DNA of 45,510 nt, taken from assembly GCA_021851465.1 (NCBI GenBank), contig JAJZDL010000001.1:1-45510 (forward strand), given 5' to 3'. Shown here one piece after another: positions 24,377 to 34,416 of this stretch. How positions within the stretch are numbered: position 1 is the stretch's first letter; each line of letters starts with the position of its first letter. The stretch is from Acidobacteriota bacterium. GTDB lineage: Bacteria > Acidobacteriota > Terriglobia > Terriglobales > Acidobacteriaceae. The notes below the pieces were generated by a model. It was not told where the DNA came from. It ran no database searches and saw only the letters and a program-made list of their open reading frames with translations. A program made the position numbers and the translations under genes.

Positions 24377-25768
24377 TTACTCCGCCAGCGCAGCCAGCGC
24401 GCCCTCCAGCCTCACTCCGCGCGAGGCCTTCAACAGCACCGCATCGCCCGCGCGCAGGTTCTCCTTGAGCCACGCTCCAGCCTCCTCCGGCGTCGCCACA
24501 AAGATCGCCTCCGTGCCGGCATGTGCCGCGCCCTCCACCACCGCCGCCGCCAGCCCACGCACTCCCACCACCGCGTCCACGCCGCGTGCAGCCATGCGCT
24601 CGCCGCACGCCCGGTGCAACGCCTCGCCCTCTTGTCCAAGCTCCAGCATCTCGCCCACCACCGCGATGTGCCTGCCTTCCCCCGTCACCGGCATCGCCAG
24701 CAGCGCATCCACCATCGCATCCAAAGCGCGCGGATTGGAGTTGTAACAATCGTTGACGATCCTTGCCCCGCGCCACTCGACGACCTCCCCACGCTTGTCG
24801 CCCGCTCGCATCTCGCCCAGCGCCGTCGCGCACTCCTTCAGCGTCATGCCGCTCTGCAAACCCACCGCAATCGCCGCCAGCGCGTTGTGTACATTGTGCC
24901 GCCCCAACAAATGCAGTCGCACGCTCGCACGCTCGCCCTGCGCCGTCACGGTAAACGCCACGCCCTCCGCGCCATGCTCTACAATCCCACCCGCGCGAAC
25001 GTCGGCACAGTCGCTGGTTCCATAAAAAACCGCGCGCCCGCCCATCCCCTCGCCAAACCGCGCAACGTATTCGTCGTCGCAATTGAGGATCGCGGTCCCA
25101 TCCATCGGCAGCGCCTCGACAAGCTCATACTTCGCCCGCGCAATCCCCGCAATGCCATCCGCAAAGTTCTCTAGGTGCACCGGCGCAACGTTCGTCACCA
25201 CCGCCCAGTTCGGCTCCGCGATGCGCGCCAGCGCGGCGATCTCGCCCGCGTGGTTCATTCCCATCTCAATCACCGCAACCTCATGCTCCGCCTCCAACCG
25301 CAGCAGTTGCAGTGGCAACCCAAACCCATTGTTCAGGTTGCCCTGCGATTTTAAAACCCGAAACCGCGCGCCCAGCACCTGCGCCACCGCGTCCTTCGTC
25401 GTCGTCTTGCCCGCCGATCCGGTGATCCCAACCACGCGCCCGCCCCACTCCCGCCGCGCCATCCGCGCCAGCCGCTGCAATCCAGCCAGCGCGCCGCATC
25501 CATCTGGATCGGGAACGCGCAGCAGCCGAGTTGCATCCATCCCCTGCGGCGCAACCCATCCCACGCTCACCACCGCGGCCACCGCGCCCTGGGCCAGCGC
25601 CGCCGACACAAAGTCGTGTCCATCGAGGCGCTCGCCGCGCACTGCAAAAAAAAGCTCCCCCGCCGCAACCGTGCGCGAGTCGATCGAGTAGCCCACCGCC
25701 TCCGCGTTCGCTGCGAACTCTCCCTCGGCGCCAATCCACTCCGCAACCTGCCCCAGCGTCAGCCTCAC
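24377..25768 (-). CDS. murF: UDP-MurNAc-tripeptide--D-Ala-D-Ala ligase
   Basis: SIDSR, GERLDGH, ITGSAGKTTTKD, EMGMNHAGEI, NDCYNSNP, GEMLELG, LLKASRG. Confidence 0.96.
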   Translation of the reverse strand: MRLTLGQVAEWIGAEGEFAANAEAVGYSIDSRTVAAGELFFAVRGERLDGHDFVSAALAQGAVAAVVSVGWVAPQGMDATRLLRVPDPDGCGALAGLQRLARMARREWGGRVVGITGSAGKTTTKDAVAQVLGARFRVLKSQGNLNNGFGLPLQLLRLEAEHEVAVIEMGMNHAGEIAALARIAEPNWAVVTNVAPVHLENFADGIAGIARAKYELVEALPMDGTAILNCDDEYVARFGEGMGGRAVFYGTSDCADVRAGGIVEHGAEGVAFTVTAQGERASVRLHLLGRHNVHNALAAIAVGLQSGMTLKECATALGEMRAGDKRGEVVEWRGARIVNDCYNSNPRALDAMVDALLAMPVTGEGRHIAVVGEMLELGQEGEALHRACGERMAARGVDAVVGVRGLAAAVVEGAAHAGTEAIFVATPEEAGAWLKENLRAGDAVLLKASRGVRLEGALAALAE

Positions 25769-27258
25769 CGCATCTCCTTCAAAATCCCCTCCGCAACCGC
25801 AACGTCGTCGAACGGCAACGTCCGCTCGCGCAGCACCTGCACCTTCTCGTGCCCCTTGCCCGCAAGCAGTACGATGTCACCCTTGCGCGCTGCGTGGATC
25901 GCAATCGCAATCGCAGCCGCGCGGTCCGGCTCGACGATGCACTCCACCGTCGTCTCGCGGACCCCGGCCAACGCCTCCTCGATGATCGCCATCGGCTCCT
26001 CGCCGCGCGGGTTGTCGCTCGTCAACACAACCAGGTCGCTTCCCTCCGCCGCGGCTCTCCCCATGCGCGGGCGCTTGCTGCGGTCGCGGTCGCCGCCGCA
26101 CCCAAACAACGTAATCACGCGCCCGCCGCGCTCTCGCACCAACTCGCGGGCCAGCGCAATCAGGTTGCGCAGCGCGTCCTCCGTATGCGCATAATCCACC
26201 ACCACCGCGATCCTCGTATCGTCAGGCGATACAACCTGAAACCGCCCCGGCGCCTGCCTCAAATCGCGCGCCGCCGCGGCAATCTCATCCAGCGTCAACC
26301 CCCGCGCCAGCGCCGCGCACATCGCAGCCAGCAGGTTCAGGACGTTGACCCGCCCCACAAGCGGCGATTGGATCTCGGCCGTGCCTAAGTTCGTAACAAA
26401 TCGAAACTGCGTGCCGCTCGCTTGTATCCGCAGCCGCTCCGCGCGAAGGTTGCCGCGCCCGCACAAGCTGTACGACACACGCCGCGAGTGCTGCGCCGCG
26501 CGCGCCACAATCTCCGCCGCGGGATCGTCCGCATTGACCACCGCTACGCGTGGCCCCGTCGTCCCAACCCCCGCAAACAGCTTCGCCTTCGCCGCGGCGT
26601 AGGCCTCCATCGTCCCGTGGTAGTCCAGATGGTCCTGCGTCAGGTTTGTGAAGATCGCCACATCCACCGGCACGCCCCACACGCGCTCCTGATCCAGCGC
26701 GTGCGAGCTCATCTCCATCACCGCCTCCGTCGCCCCCGCGCGCACCCCCTCCGCAAAGATCTCGTACAGGTCGCGCGGCTCCGGCGTAGTGTGCGGCGAT
26801 TCGCGCACTGCGTCGCCGATGCGCGTCTCGATCGTTCCGATCAGCACGCACCGCCGCCCCACGCTGCGCAGCATCTGCTCCAGCAGATGCGCCGTCGTCG
26901 TCTTCCCGTTCGTCCCCGTCACCGCGCTGATCTTGAGCCTTCGCTCCGGGTGCCCCATCACAGCCGCGCTCAGTTTCGCCAGCGCGCGCCGCCCGTGCGC
27001 AACATGCACCGCGCCCATCTCCGGGTGCGCAAGCCGCAGCCGCGCATACGCCTCCCGCGAGTCGGTCGCGATCGCCGCCGCGCCCTGCGCAATGGCCGCA
27101 TCGATATATAGATTGCCGTCCGTGCTGCCGCCTCGCATGGCCACAAACGCAGCACCACGCCCGACGCGACGCGAGTCGTACTCGACGCCAGTCACATCGA
27201 CCGCCGTATCGGCACTCTCAATCCCCGCAACTTCTTTCAGCGCGTCGGCCCACCTCAT
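25765..27258 (-). CDS. murE: UDP-MurNAc-L-Ala-D-Glu--DAP ligase
   Basis: VTGTNGKTT, MEMSSH, TNLTQDHLDYH, VDYAHT, FGCGGDRD, SDNPR (DNPR indicates m-DAP specificity), LAGKGHE. Confidence 0.97.
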   Translation of the reverse strand: MRWADALKEVAGIESADTAVDVTGVEYDSRRVGRGAAFVAMRGGSTDGNLYIDAAIAQGAAAIATDSREAYARLRLAHPEMGAVHVAHGRRALAKLSAAVMGHPERRLKISAVTGTNGKTTTAHLLEQMLRSVGRRCVLIGTIETRIGDAVRESPHTTPEPRDLYEIFAEGVRAGATEAVMEMSSHALDQERVWGVPVDVAIFTNLTQDHLDYHGTMEAYAAAKAKLFAGVGTTGPRVAVVNADDPAAEIVARAAQHSRRVSYSLCGRGNLRAERLRIQASGTQFRFVTNLGTAEIQSPLVGRVNVLNLLAAMCAALARGLTLDEIAAAARDLRQAPGRFQVVSPDDTRIAVVVDYAHTEDALRNLIALARELVRERGGRVITLFGCGGDRDRSKRPRMGRAAAEGSDLVVLTSDNPRGEEPMAIIEEALAGVRETTVECIVEPDRAAAIAIAIHAARKGDIVLLAGKGHEKVQVLRERTLPFDDVAVAEGILKEMR

Positions 27259-27348
27259 ACTCCAATTCTATGGCCGAACCTTCGCAGTGCAACGCTGCCT
27301 CCGCTCCCCACCTGCTCTCCCACCGGCCCACCCACCAGCTTGGCATCC

Positions 27349-29712
27349 CTACCGCGCGAAGCGCACAACCACCTCCGTGCCCAACGGAACCATCGTTCCG
27401 GCCGCGGGCGCCTGCTCCCGCGCTACGCCGCTGCCCACCGGCTCGACCCGCAGACCAAGCCCCGACGCCGTCTCCACCACGCGGCGCAGCGCATCGCCCG
27501 TAAACGACGGCACCGCGACCCGCTCGCCCGCATTCACCACCACCGCGCCGCTCGCGCGCGGCTGCGCCTGCGGAACAACCGTCGCAACGCGCAACGCGCC
27601 ATCCGCGCCCGCCACTCGCGCATCCGTCCCGCCATTCGCGCCAAACGCGGTCTGCGCCTTCGCAGGCACTGCACTCAGCATGAGCGCCGGCTTTGCAGCA
27701 CCCACGTTCTCCGCCGGCGCAGACGACGCACGCCCCGCATCGTTTGTCGCGCTCCCGCCCAGCGCGCCCGCCTCCGTCGCCGTGCTGGGCGAAGCACGCA
27801 GCGGATCGTCCGCGGGCAGGTTGTTGATCGCGTCGAAGATCGCGTTCAAGTCGCCAACCCGTTCGCTCGGAGCGTCGTCTTGCTCCACCTGCGAGGCCGC
27901 GGTCTGCAACTCCTTCGGCGTCTTCACCGGCTGGTCGTGCGGCACGCCCAGATACTCCAACACCTCCTGTGCGAGGACCTGGAAGACTGGAGCCGATACC
28001 GCCGTACCGTAAAAACTTCCCACCGTCGGCGTATCGATCACAACCGCCACCGAGATCGCCGGAGAGCTGACCGGAGCGAAGCCCGCAAAGCTCGCCACCA
28101 GCTTCGTATGCGAGTAGGTATGCGTCGCCGGGTCCACCTTCTGCGCAGTCCCTGTCTTGCCGCCTGCGCTATACCCATTCAACTGCGCGGTTGTCCCGGT
28201 GCCTTCCATCACAACACCCTGCATCATCGAACGCATCTTGGCCGCCGTCAGCTCCTTGATCACGCGGTGCGCCCCATCCGGCAGAACCTCCGGCAGTTGG
28301 TTCGCGGGCCGGAAGGCAGCCGGCTGTAGCCGCGGATCGCCCTTCGTCTCGTCGGTCGCCTGTAGCAGGATGTGCGGCGGCATGTACACCCCGCCATTGG
28401 CAATCGTGCTCACCATCGTCACAAGCTGGACCGGCGTCACGCCGATCTCCTGCCCGATCGCCAGAGACAGAATGCTGGTCGCCCCCCATTTCCGTGGGCT
28501 TTGCAGCAGCCCTCGCGTCTCGCCGGGCAGCTCAATGCCCGTGCGATCGCCGAAGCCGTAGGCCTTGATGTACTTGTAAAACGTCTCCGGCCCCAGCTTC
28601 AACGCCATCTTCGCCGCGCCCACGTCGCTCGAGTGCTCCAGTGCATACTGCACCGTCACCGCGCCGAAGTGGTCGTCCTTGTCGTCGTGCAGCGTCCGCC
28701 CGAACATCGTCATCGAACCGCCCTGGCAGTCCACAATGTCCGTCGGTTCCACGCCCGCCGCGTCGATCGCAGCCGAATAAGTCACCAGCTTGAAGGTCGA
28801 TCCAGGCTCATACACGTCGCTCACCGCAAGGTCGGTCAGCGAGCCCGGCTCCATGTGCCGCGAGTCGTTCGGGTTGAACCGCGGCGAGATCGCCAGCGCC
28901 AGGATCTGTCCCGTGTGCGGGTCCTGCACCACCACCGTCCCATGCGCCGCCTTCACCTTCGCCATCTGCGCGTCCAGCGCGCGTTCCGCCATGTACTGGA
29001 TGTTTGCGTCGATGCTGAGCACCAGGTTTTCGCCCGGCATCGGCTCGTCCTCCACGCTGCCCATCGCGTGGCGCCTCGCGTCCACCGCCATCAGCCTGTG
29101 GCCCGGCGTGCCGTGCAGATCGTCGTCGAAGTTCAACTCCAGCCCGCCCAGCCCCGTATCGTCTGTCCCAACGTAGCCCAGCACCTGCGCCGCCATGTCT
29201 CCATTGGGATAAAACCGCTTGTCCTCGTCCGTCAGGTAGACGCCCTTCAGGTTCAACTCCATCACGCGCTTGGCCGTCTCCGCATCCACCCGTCGCGCCA
29301 CCCACGCAAAGTTCTTCGACTCGTCGAAGCGCGCCAGTATCTCCTTCTCCGATGTAAAGTTGTCGTCCGCATCGGAATGCACCACCTTGGCCAGCATCTC
29401 AGCCGCGTTCGCGCGGTTCTCGCCCAGCTCCGACGGCACCGCGAACACCGAGTCCACCAACACCGTCATCGCCAGCTCGCGCAGGTTGCGGTCGTACAGA
29501 ACGCCCCGCTGCGGGGCCACCTCGAACGTCCGCTCCTGCTGGTGCTTCGCCTTGTCCATCCACTCCAGGTGTTGCACCACCTGGAGCCACACCAGGCGCG
29601 CGCCGATCGCACCCACCCACGCGCAGAAAAATATCGCCACCCACGCAAAGCGCGCCTTGCGGATCGGTGCGGTCAGTGTCCGGCGCGTGCTCTGACGGGT
29701 CGCTTTATTCAT
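27349..29712 (-). CDS. ftsI: Class B PBP FtsI with C-terminal PASTA domain
   Basis: RGVLYDRN, RFYPNG, GLGGLE, EPGSTFK, SSD, KTGTAQK; PASTA-like tail; position in the dcw cluster. Confidence 0.93.
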   Translation of the reverse strand: MNKATRQSTRRTLTAPIRKARFAWVAIFFCAWVGAIGARLVWLQVVQHLEWMDKAKHQQERTFEVAPQRGVLYDRNLRELAMTVLVDSVFAVPSELGENRANAAEMLAKVVHSDADDNFTSEKEILARFDESKNFAWVARRVDAETAKRVMELNLKGVYLTDEDKRFYPNGDMAAQVLGYVGTDDTGLGGLELNFDDDLHGTPGHRLMAVDARRHAMGSVEDEPMPGENLVLSIDANIQYMAERALDAQMAKVKAAHGTVVVQDPHTGQILALAISPRFNPNDSRHMEPGSLTDLAVSDVYEPGSTFKLVTYSAAIDAAGVEPTDIVDCQGGSMTMFGRTLHDDKDDHFGAVTVQYALEHSSDVGAAKMALKLGPETFYKYIKAYGFGDRTGIELPGETRGLLQSPRKWGATSILSLAIGQEIGVTPVQLVTMVSTIANGGVYMPPHILLQATDETKGDPRLQPAAFRPANQLPEVLPDGAHRVIKELTAAKMRSMMQGVVMEGTGTTAQLNGYSAGGKTGTAQKVDPATHTYSHTKLVASFAGFAPVSSPAISVAVVIDTPTVGSFYGTAVSAPVFQVLAQEVLEYLGVPHDQPVKTPKELQTAASQVEQDDAPSERVGDLNAIFDAINNLPADDPLRASPSTATEAGALGGSATNDAGRASSAPAENVGAAKPALMLSAVPAKAQTAFGANGGTDARVAGADGALRVATVVPQAQPRASGAVVVNAGERVAVPSFTGDALRRVVETASGLGLRVEPVGSGVAREQAPAAGTMVPLGTEVVVRFAR

Positions 29713-29819
29713 CGGCGTAGAAACAGTTGTGAGTCATTGGGGATGAGTTGCAAGTAAACCGTCGCGTCGCTGAATCCCTGCCACACCCAACTCACCCTCT
29801 TTCAACTCAACTGTTGTAC

Positions 29820-30338
29820 TTAGGGCAGCATCGGCGTGGACGCCTGCGCCAGGACCGGAGCGTTGCCCACGGCCCCATCCGGGCGCACCACCTGGCCCGG
29901 CTGCGGCGCCCCAAGCCCAAGCTGGCGCGCTATCTGGTCGATCCGTCCTGGGTCGCTCAACTCGGCCTCGCTCAACCGCAGTTGCCGGTTCCGCTCCATC
30001 ATCTGCGCCACCTGCTGCTTCTGCGTCTCCACCTGGTAGCCCGCCTCGATCGCAGAAAAGTGCTGCCACACATAGATCATCACCAGCAGAAACAGAAGGC
30101 TCATCGTCATCGTAAACACGCGCATCTCACGCCTGCGCTTCGGATCGTCGGCCTTTACAATGCGGCTGTTGTCGATGTGCTTGGCAAAAAATACCTCGGG
30201 CGTCGGCCCGCGACGGGCGCGCCGTTGCATCTCGAACAGCTCGCGGTTGCGCGCGGCGCGCGCCTGCGACGCATGGTTCATGCCGCCCATTCCCATCCCG
30301 AAGACCGTTCCCTGTTCCACCAACGCCGTCGTCGCCAT
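29820..30338 (-). CDS. ftsL: Cell division protein FtsL
   Basis: Between rsmH and ftsI; single TM, coiled coil, LSDPGRIDQIARQLGL. SD AAGGAGG before ATG 30338. Confidence 0.85.
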   Translation of the reverse strand: MATTALVEQGTVFGMGMGGMNHASQARAARNRELFEMQRRARRGPTPEVFFAKHIDNSRIVKADDPKRRREMRVFTMTMSLLFLLVMIYVWQHFSAIEAGYQVETQKQQVAQMMERNRQLRLSEAELSDPGRIDQIARQLGLGAPQPGQVVRPDGAVGNAPVLAQASTPMLP

Positions 30339-30360
30339 CGCCCCTCCTTTTCCTTGGTTC

Positions 30361-31299
30361 TTATCTCTTGTACTTGCTCCCTGCTCCCTGTTTCCCGGTC
30401 TCTGTTCCCAGTCTCTCCGCCGCTCGCAGCTTCGCGCTTCTCGATCGCGGGTTGCGCATCTGTTCCTGCTCGTCCGCAACCACCGGCTTCTTGGTCAGCA
30501 CTGCAAAGATCCTGTCGCGTCCGGCCTCGCGAAGCGCGTCCTTCACCAGCCGGTCCTCCAGAGAATGAAAGCTGATCGTCGCCAGCCTTCCTCCCGGCTT
30601 CAGCAGAGACGGCGCGCCTGCCAGCAGCGACCGGATCTCGCCCAACTCATCGTTCACTCGAATTCGGAGCGCCTGAAAGGTCCGCGTCGCGGGATGGATC
30701 TTCTCGCCTTTCATTGGCCGGGCCACGGCCGATACGATCCCAGCCAACTCCGCTGTCGTCCGTATCGGCCGCGCCCGCACAATGGCTCTGGCGATTGCCC
30801 GCGACCTCCTTTCCTCTCCAAATTCGTAAATCAGGTCGGCGAGTTCGTTTTCGTCTTCCCGATTTACCACCTGCTCGGCCGTCTCCCCTCGGCGCCTGTC
30901 CATGCGCATATCGAGTGGTGCATCCAGCCGAAAACTGAATCCTCTCTGTGCCTCGTCCAACTGCAGGCTGCTCACGCCAAAGTCCGCCAGCAACCCGTCC
31001 AGACTTCCCGGCGCGATCACGCTGTCCAACTCCGAGAACGCCCGCGTCTCAAAGACCACCGCGGGCATCGCCTCGCCAACCTCGGCCCTCACCTCGTCCA
31101 GCCTCGCCTTCGCCAGATCCATCGCCTGCGCATCGCGGTCGAAGCAGATCAGCCTGCCCGTCGCCCCCAGCCGCCTCGCAATCTCCGCCGAGTGCCCGCC
31201 CAGACCGACCGTCGCATCCACAATCACGCCGCCCGGCCGCACATTGAGGTACTGCAAAACTTCGTCTAAAAGAACCGGCACATGCTGCGGTCTGCTCAT
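30361..31299 (-). CDS. rsmH: 16S rRNA m4C1402 methyltransferase
   Basis: HVPVLLDEV, DATVGLGGHS, DFGVSSLQLD, LDMRMD, TFQALRIRVN, ISFHSLEDR, NPRSRSAKLR. Confidence 0.97.
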   Translation of the reverse strand: MSRPQHVPVLLDEVLQYLNVRPGGVIVDATVGLGGHSAEIARRLGATGRLICFDRDAQAMDLAKARLDEVRAEVGEAMPAVVFETRAFSELDSVIAPGSLDGLLADFGVSSLQLDEAQRGFSFRLDAPLDMRMDRRRGETAEQVVNREDENELADLIYEFGEERRSRAIARAIVRARPIRTTAELAGIVSAVARPMKGEKIHPATRTFQALRIRVNDELGEIRSLLAGAPSLLKPGGRLATISFHSLEDRLVKDALREAGRDRIFAVLTKKPVVADEQEQMRNPRSRSAKLRAAERLGTETGKQGAGSKYKR

Positions 31300-31367
31300 C
31301 CCGTCCGCCTTCTGTGCTGCCCCTGGGGGCCGATCGAAACTCTTGCTAAACTCGTTCGCCCTTCGGT

Positions 31368-31826
31368 CTAAGCCTCGCTCGTCTTCCCCGCAAACGCGCT
31401 CAGATCCTCGTCCGTCAGCTCAACCGCGCCCGTCGCCTTCGTCATCATCTCGGTGAAGACCTCGCTGTTCACAACCTCCAGCAACGTCTGCGACCCCAGG
31501 ACCTCCACATCGCCCGTCACCTTCGCCATCTCCCGCAGCTTCTGCGGAATCAGCAACCGGCCCTGCGCGTCCATCTCCGCCATCTGTCCGTAAAAATTCG
31601 TCACATCCTGAAACTTCCGCCGCACCGGATCCATCGGAGACATCTTCTGCAGCGACCCCTCGATCTCCTCCCACTCCTTCAGCGGATAGATCTGCGCTCG
31701 CTTCCCATCCATGCTCGTGATGTAGAACAGCGGGCCGTACACCTCATCCACCCGGCGCTTGAACTCAGCCGGCAGCTTCAGCCGGCCCTTCTCGTCCACG
31801 CGTGTTGGGTGATTGCCTCGAAACAT
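31368..31826 (-). CDS. mraZ: Division/cell wall cluster regulator MraZ
   Basis: MFRGNHPTRVDEKGRLKLP and a second repeat MDAQGRLLIP. Confidence 0.95.
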   Translation of the reverse strand: MFRGNHPTRVDEKGRLKLPAEFKRRVDEVYGPLFYITSMDGKRAQIYPLKEWEEIEGSLQKMSPMDPVRRKFQDVTNFYGQMAEMDAQGRLLIPQKLREMAKVTGDVEVLGSQTLLEVVNSEVFTEMMTKATGAVELTDEDLSAFAGKTSEA

Positions 31827-31910
31827 CGCATCCTCAGCGCCCCGAACCAACCTCGCCAGCCCGGATTGAACCGCTTTCAGGAGTAAACTGGCTCAGAAGC
31901 ATGGGTTCAA

Positions 31911-31946
31911 TTCCTCAATGCTCCATTTTTTACCACTTTGCTCCAC
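31911..31946 (-). promoter_or_regulatory. MraZ operator (GTGG boxes at 10-bp period)
   Basis: Minus strand GTGGAGCAAA-GTGGTAAAAA-ATGGAGCATT-GAGG upstream of mraZ matches the known architecture of MraZ sites. Confidence 0.75.
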
Positions 31947-32171
31947 TCCGCAATCCTGCCCCAGCCAATCGAGCTTGGCAAGCCCTAAATTCAAAAATCG
32001 CTACTTTATTTTTAGACAGAAGTGGAAAAATCTACCCGTAGAGTGGATTTATGCACAGGCACTACAGGTAGTGTTTTGCCGGATGGTTCCACCGCAAACC
32101 GCCTCTTGCGCCCCACCGGAAGTTGCGATAACAAAATAAAAGCGAAAGTGGGCCGCTCGCCCCCCGCACGA

Positions 32172-32696
32172 TCAATCCGCCTTCGCCGCTCCCGTCCGCC
32201 GGTTCCGCCCCAGCCACCACACCAGGTACGCCAGCACGGTCAGGTTCGCCGCCAGCAGGCACGCCCGCACCCAGTCCGGGTGCCGCACAATCTCATAGAG
32301 CTCCCAGGGCAGAAACGCCGTCGTCGCGCCGACCGTCAGGTACTCCGCCCACACCTTCTCCAGCACCAGCCCGATCCCCTCGGTCATCCGCAGTCCCGAG
32401 TAGAAAAATGTAGCCAGGCCAATCTGCTTTAACCGCAGCGTCGTAATCGAGTCCACACGGTCCAGCACAAACGAGATCAGCCGCCCATCCGGATCCACCC
32501 GCAGCCGCCTTGCCAGTTGCAGTGCGGCATCTCCCAGGTCGTTATGGATGAAGTGGATCGCTCCCACGCCCACCAGAAAGAAGAAGGCCGCCTCCGCCAG
32601 CTTCAGCAACCCGATCGCCAGCAAGCCGCTGTCGTGGTGCCGGGAGGCGCGCCCGCGGGCTGTGCCTGCCTCCGTAATCTCAACCGCACTGCCCAT
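32172..32696 (-). CDS. DUF2127-like membrane protein
   Basis: IGLLKL...YSGLRMTEGIGL...WAEYLTV...FLPWELYE pattern. Confidence 0.75.
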   Translation of the reverse strand: MGSAVEITEAGTARGRASRHHDSGLLAIGLLKLAEAAFFFLVGVGAIHFIHNDLGDAALQLARRLRVDPDGRLISFVLDRVDSITTLRLKQIGLATFFYSGLRMTEGIGLVLEKVWAEYLTVGATTAFLPWELYEIVRHPDWVRACLLAANLTVLAYLVWWLGRNRRTGAAKAD

Positions 32697-32962
32697 AGCC
32701 TCTACGCCGCGCCTCGCTTGCAGAATGCGCCATCTCCAGTTGACGAGCGCCCCGCCCGATTGTCAACCGCAGCCGACTCGACTTCGGCAACACCTCCGCC
32801 CACTGCGCCCATCGCCTACTGCCTTGCGGACTGCCGTTCGAGGTTCCGTCCATTCAGTTCAACCCTCACGAACCGGGGAAAATAAAGGCCCATCTCTTGC
32901 GCCAGCCTGATCTTTCAGTGTCGGCTCCAGCCCGCTGTAAACCACGCTTTATAATAGTTCCA

Positions 32963-33757
32963 ATGATTCTGCATCCGTCGACCGCGCCGCTCGCCCTCGC
33001 TCTCACTCTGCTTCAGGATGAAGCCATCGCGCCCCCACCGGTTGGCGCGGGAGGCAGCGCCCTGGTCGAGATGGTGCGCAACTCCGGCCCTGTCGCCTTC
33101 GCCGTACTCGTCATCCTGCTCATCGCCAGCATCTGCTCCTGGGCCATCATGCTCTCCAAGTGGCGTCGCTTCCGCCGCGCGCGCGCGCAGGGCCGCGGCT
33201 TTCTGCGCGCCTTCCGCAAGTCCGGCCGCCTCTCCGAGATCGCAGCCATCGCCGGCAACTTCAACCCCAGCCCCCTGGTCTCCGTCTTCAACGAGATCAA
33301 CGACGAGTACCAGCGGCAGAGCGGTGGCCGAGGCACCCCGCGCAACCCCGCCGCCCTCGAACGCGCCGCGCAGACCGCATCCTCCGAGGCACTCACCGCC
33401 ATGGAGTCGCGCATGACATGGCTCGCCACCATCGCCAACGGGGCCACCTTCGTCGGACTCTTCGGCACCGTCATGGGCATCATCGACGCCTTCCACGGCC
33501 TCGGCACCGCCGGCGCCGCCACCCTCCGCTCCGTCGCGCCCGGCATCTCCGAGGCCCTCATCACCACCGCTGCGGGGCTCGCCGTCGCCATCCCCGCGCT
33601 CGTCGGATACAACCAGCTCACCGCGCAACTGCGCGACTTCGCCGCGCGCATGGACGACTTCGGACGAGAGCTGCTCAACGCCATCGAGAACGCAGCCCTC
33701 CTCGCTCCACCGCCCCCGCCCGAGGAAATCCCAGCCCCACGCCGAAGGGCGTTTTAG
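32963..33757 (+). CDS. tolQ: TolQ (MotA/TolQ/ExbB proton channel)
   Basis: SICSWAI, LATIA, GLFGTVMGI, VAPGISEALITTAAGLAVAIPA. TATAAT lies 7 nt before ATG 32963. Confidence 0.9.
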   Translation: MILHPSTAPLALALTLLQDEAIAPPPVGAGGSALVEMVRNSGPVAFAVLVILLIASICSWAIMLSKWRRFRRARAQGRGFLRAFRKSGRLSEIAAIAGNFNPSPLVSVFNEINDEYQRQSGGRGTPRNPAALERAAQTASSEALTAMESRMTWLATIANGATFVGLFGTVMGIIDAFHGLGTAGAATLRSVAPGISEALITTAAGLAVAIPALVGYNQLTAQLRDFAARMDDFGRELLNAIENAALLAPPPPPEEIPAPRRRAF

Positions 33758-33759
33758 CC

Positions 33760-34224
33760 ATGGCCTTCTCCACCAGAAGCGGCGGCCAGACCCGCACCCA
33801 GACCGCGCTCGCGGACATCAACATCACCCCGCTGGTCGATGTCGTCCTGGTCCTCCTCATCATCTTCATGCTCACCGCGCCGGTCCTGCAATCGGGCATC
33901 GTCGTCGCCGTGCCCCACACCCGCACCGTCAACCAACTCACCGAGCAGCGCACCGTCGTCACCATCGACAAAGACCAGAACGTCTTCCTCCAGACCGGCG
34001 GCCCGGATAGGCCAGTCAACCTCTCCGACCTCACCGCCAGTCTAAGAAGCATTGGCCGTGGCGATCCCGCCAAGCGCGTCATCTATCTCCGCGCCGACGA
34101 AAAAGTCCCCTTCGGCGCCTTCGCCTCCGTCATGGACGCCGTCAAACGCGCGGGCATCGTCAACATCAGCATCGTCACCCAACCGCTCGAATCCCAGCCT
34201 GCGGATGAGGCCGCAGCAAAGTAA
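33760..34224 (+). CDS. tolR: TolR (ExbD/TolR)
   Basis: INITPLVDVVLVLLIIFMLTAP, YLRADEKVPFG, VMDAVKRAG. Confidence 0.9.
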   Translation: MAFSTRSGGQTRTQTALADINITPLVDVVLVLLIIFMLTAPVLQSGIVVAVPHTRTVNQLTEQRTVVTIDKDQNVFLQTGGPDRPVNLSDLTASLRSIGRGDPAKRVIYLRADEKVPFGAFASVMDAVKRAGIVNISIVTQPLESQPADEAAAK

Positions 34225-34326
34225 CGTTGATGCAACTGCGCAGCTATCGAAATAAATCCGAAGCGTCGCCATTGGCCGAATGTCTTGTCGTAAACCTGTA
34301 GATTGTCATTCTGAAAACTGAAGGCT

Positions 34327-34362
34327 TGTCATTCTGAGCGCAGCGAAGAACCCCCGCATTTT
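34327..34362 (+). repeat. Family A palindromic repeat, preceded by a partial copy TTGTCATTCTGA at 34303-34314
   Basis: TGTCATTCTGAGCGCAGCGAAGAACCCCCGCATTTT. Confidence 0.85.
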
Positions 34363-34416
34363 CTCCTGCCGGTCGCCGCTCGTCGCTCTTGCACTCCGAA
34401 CCGTACCCCGCGCCCC

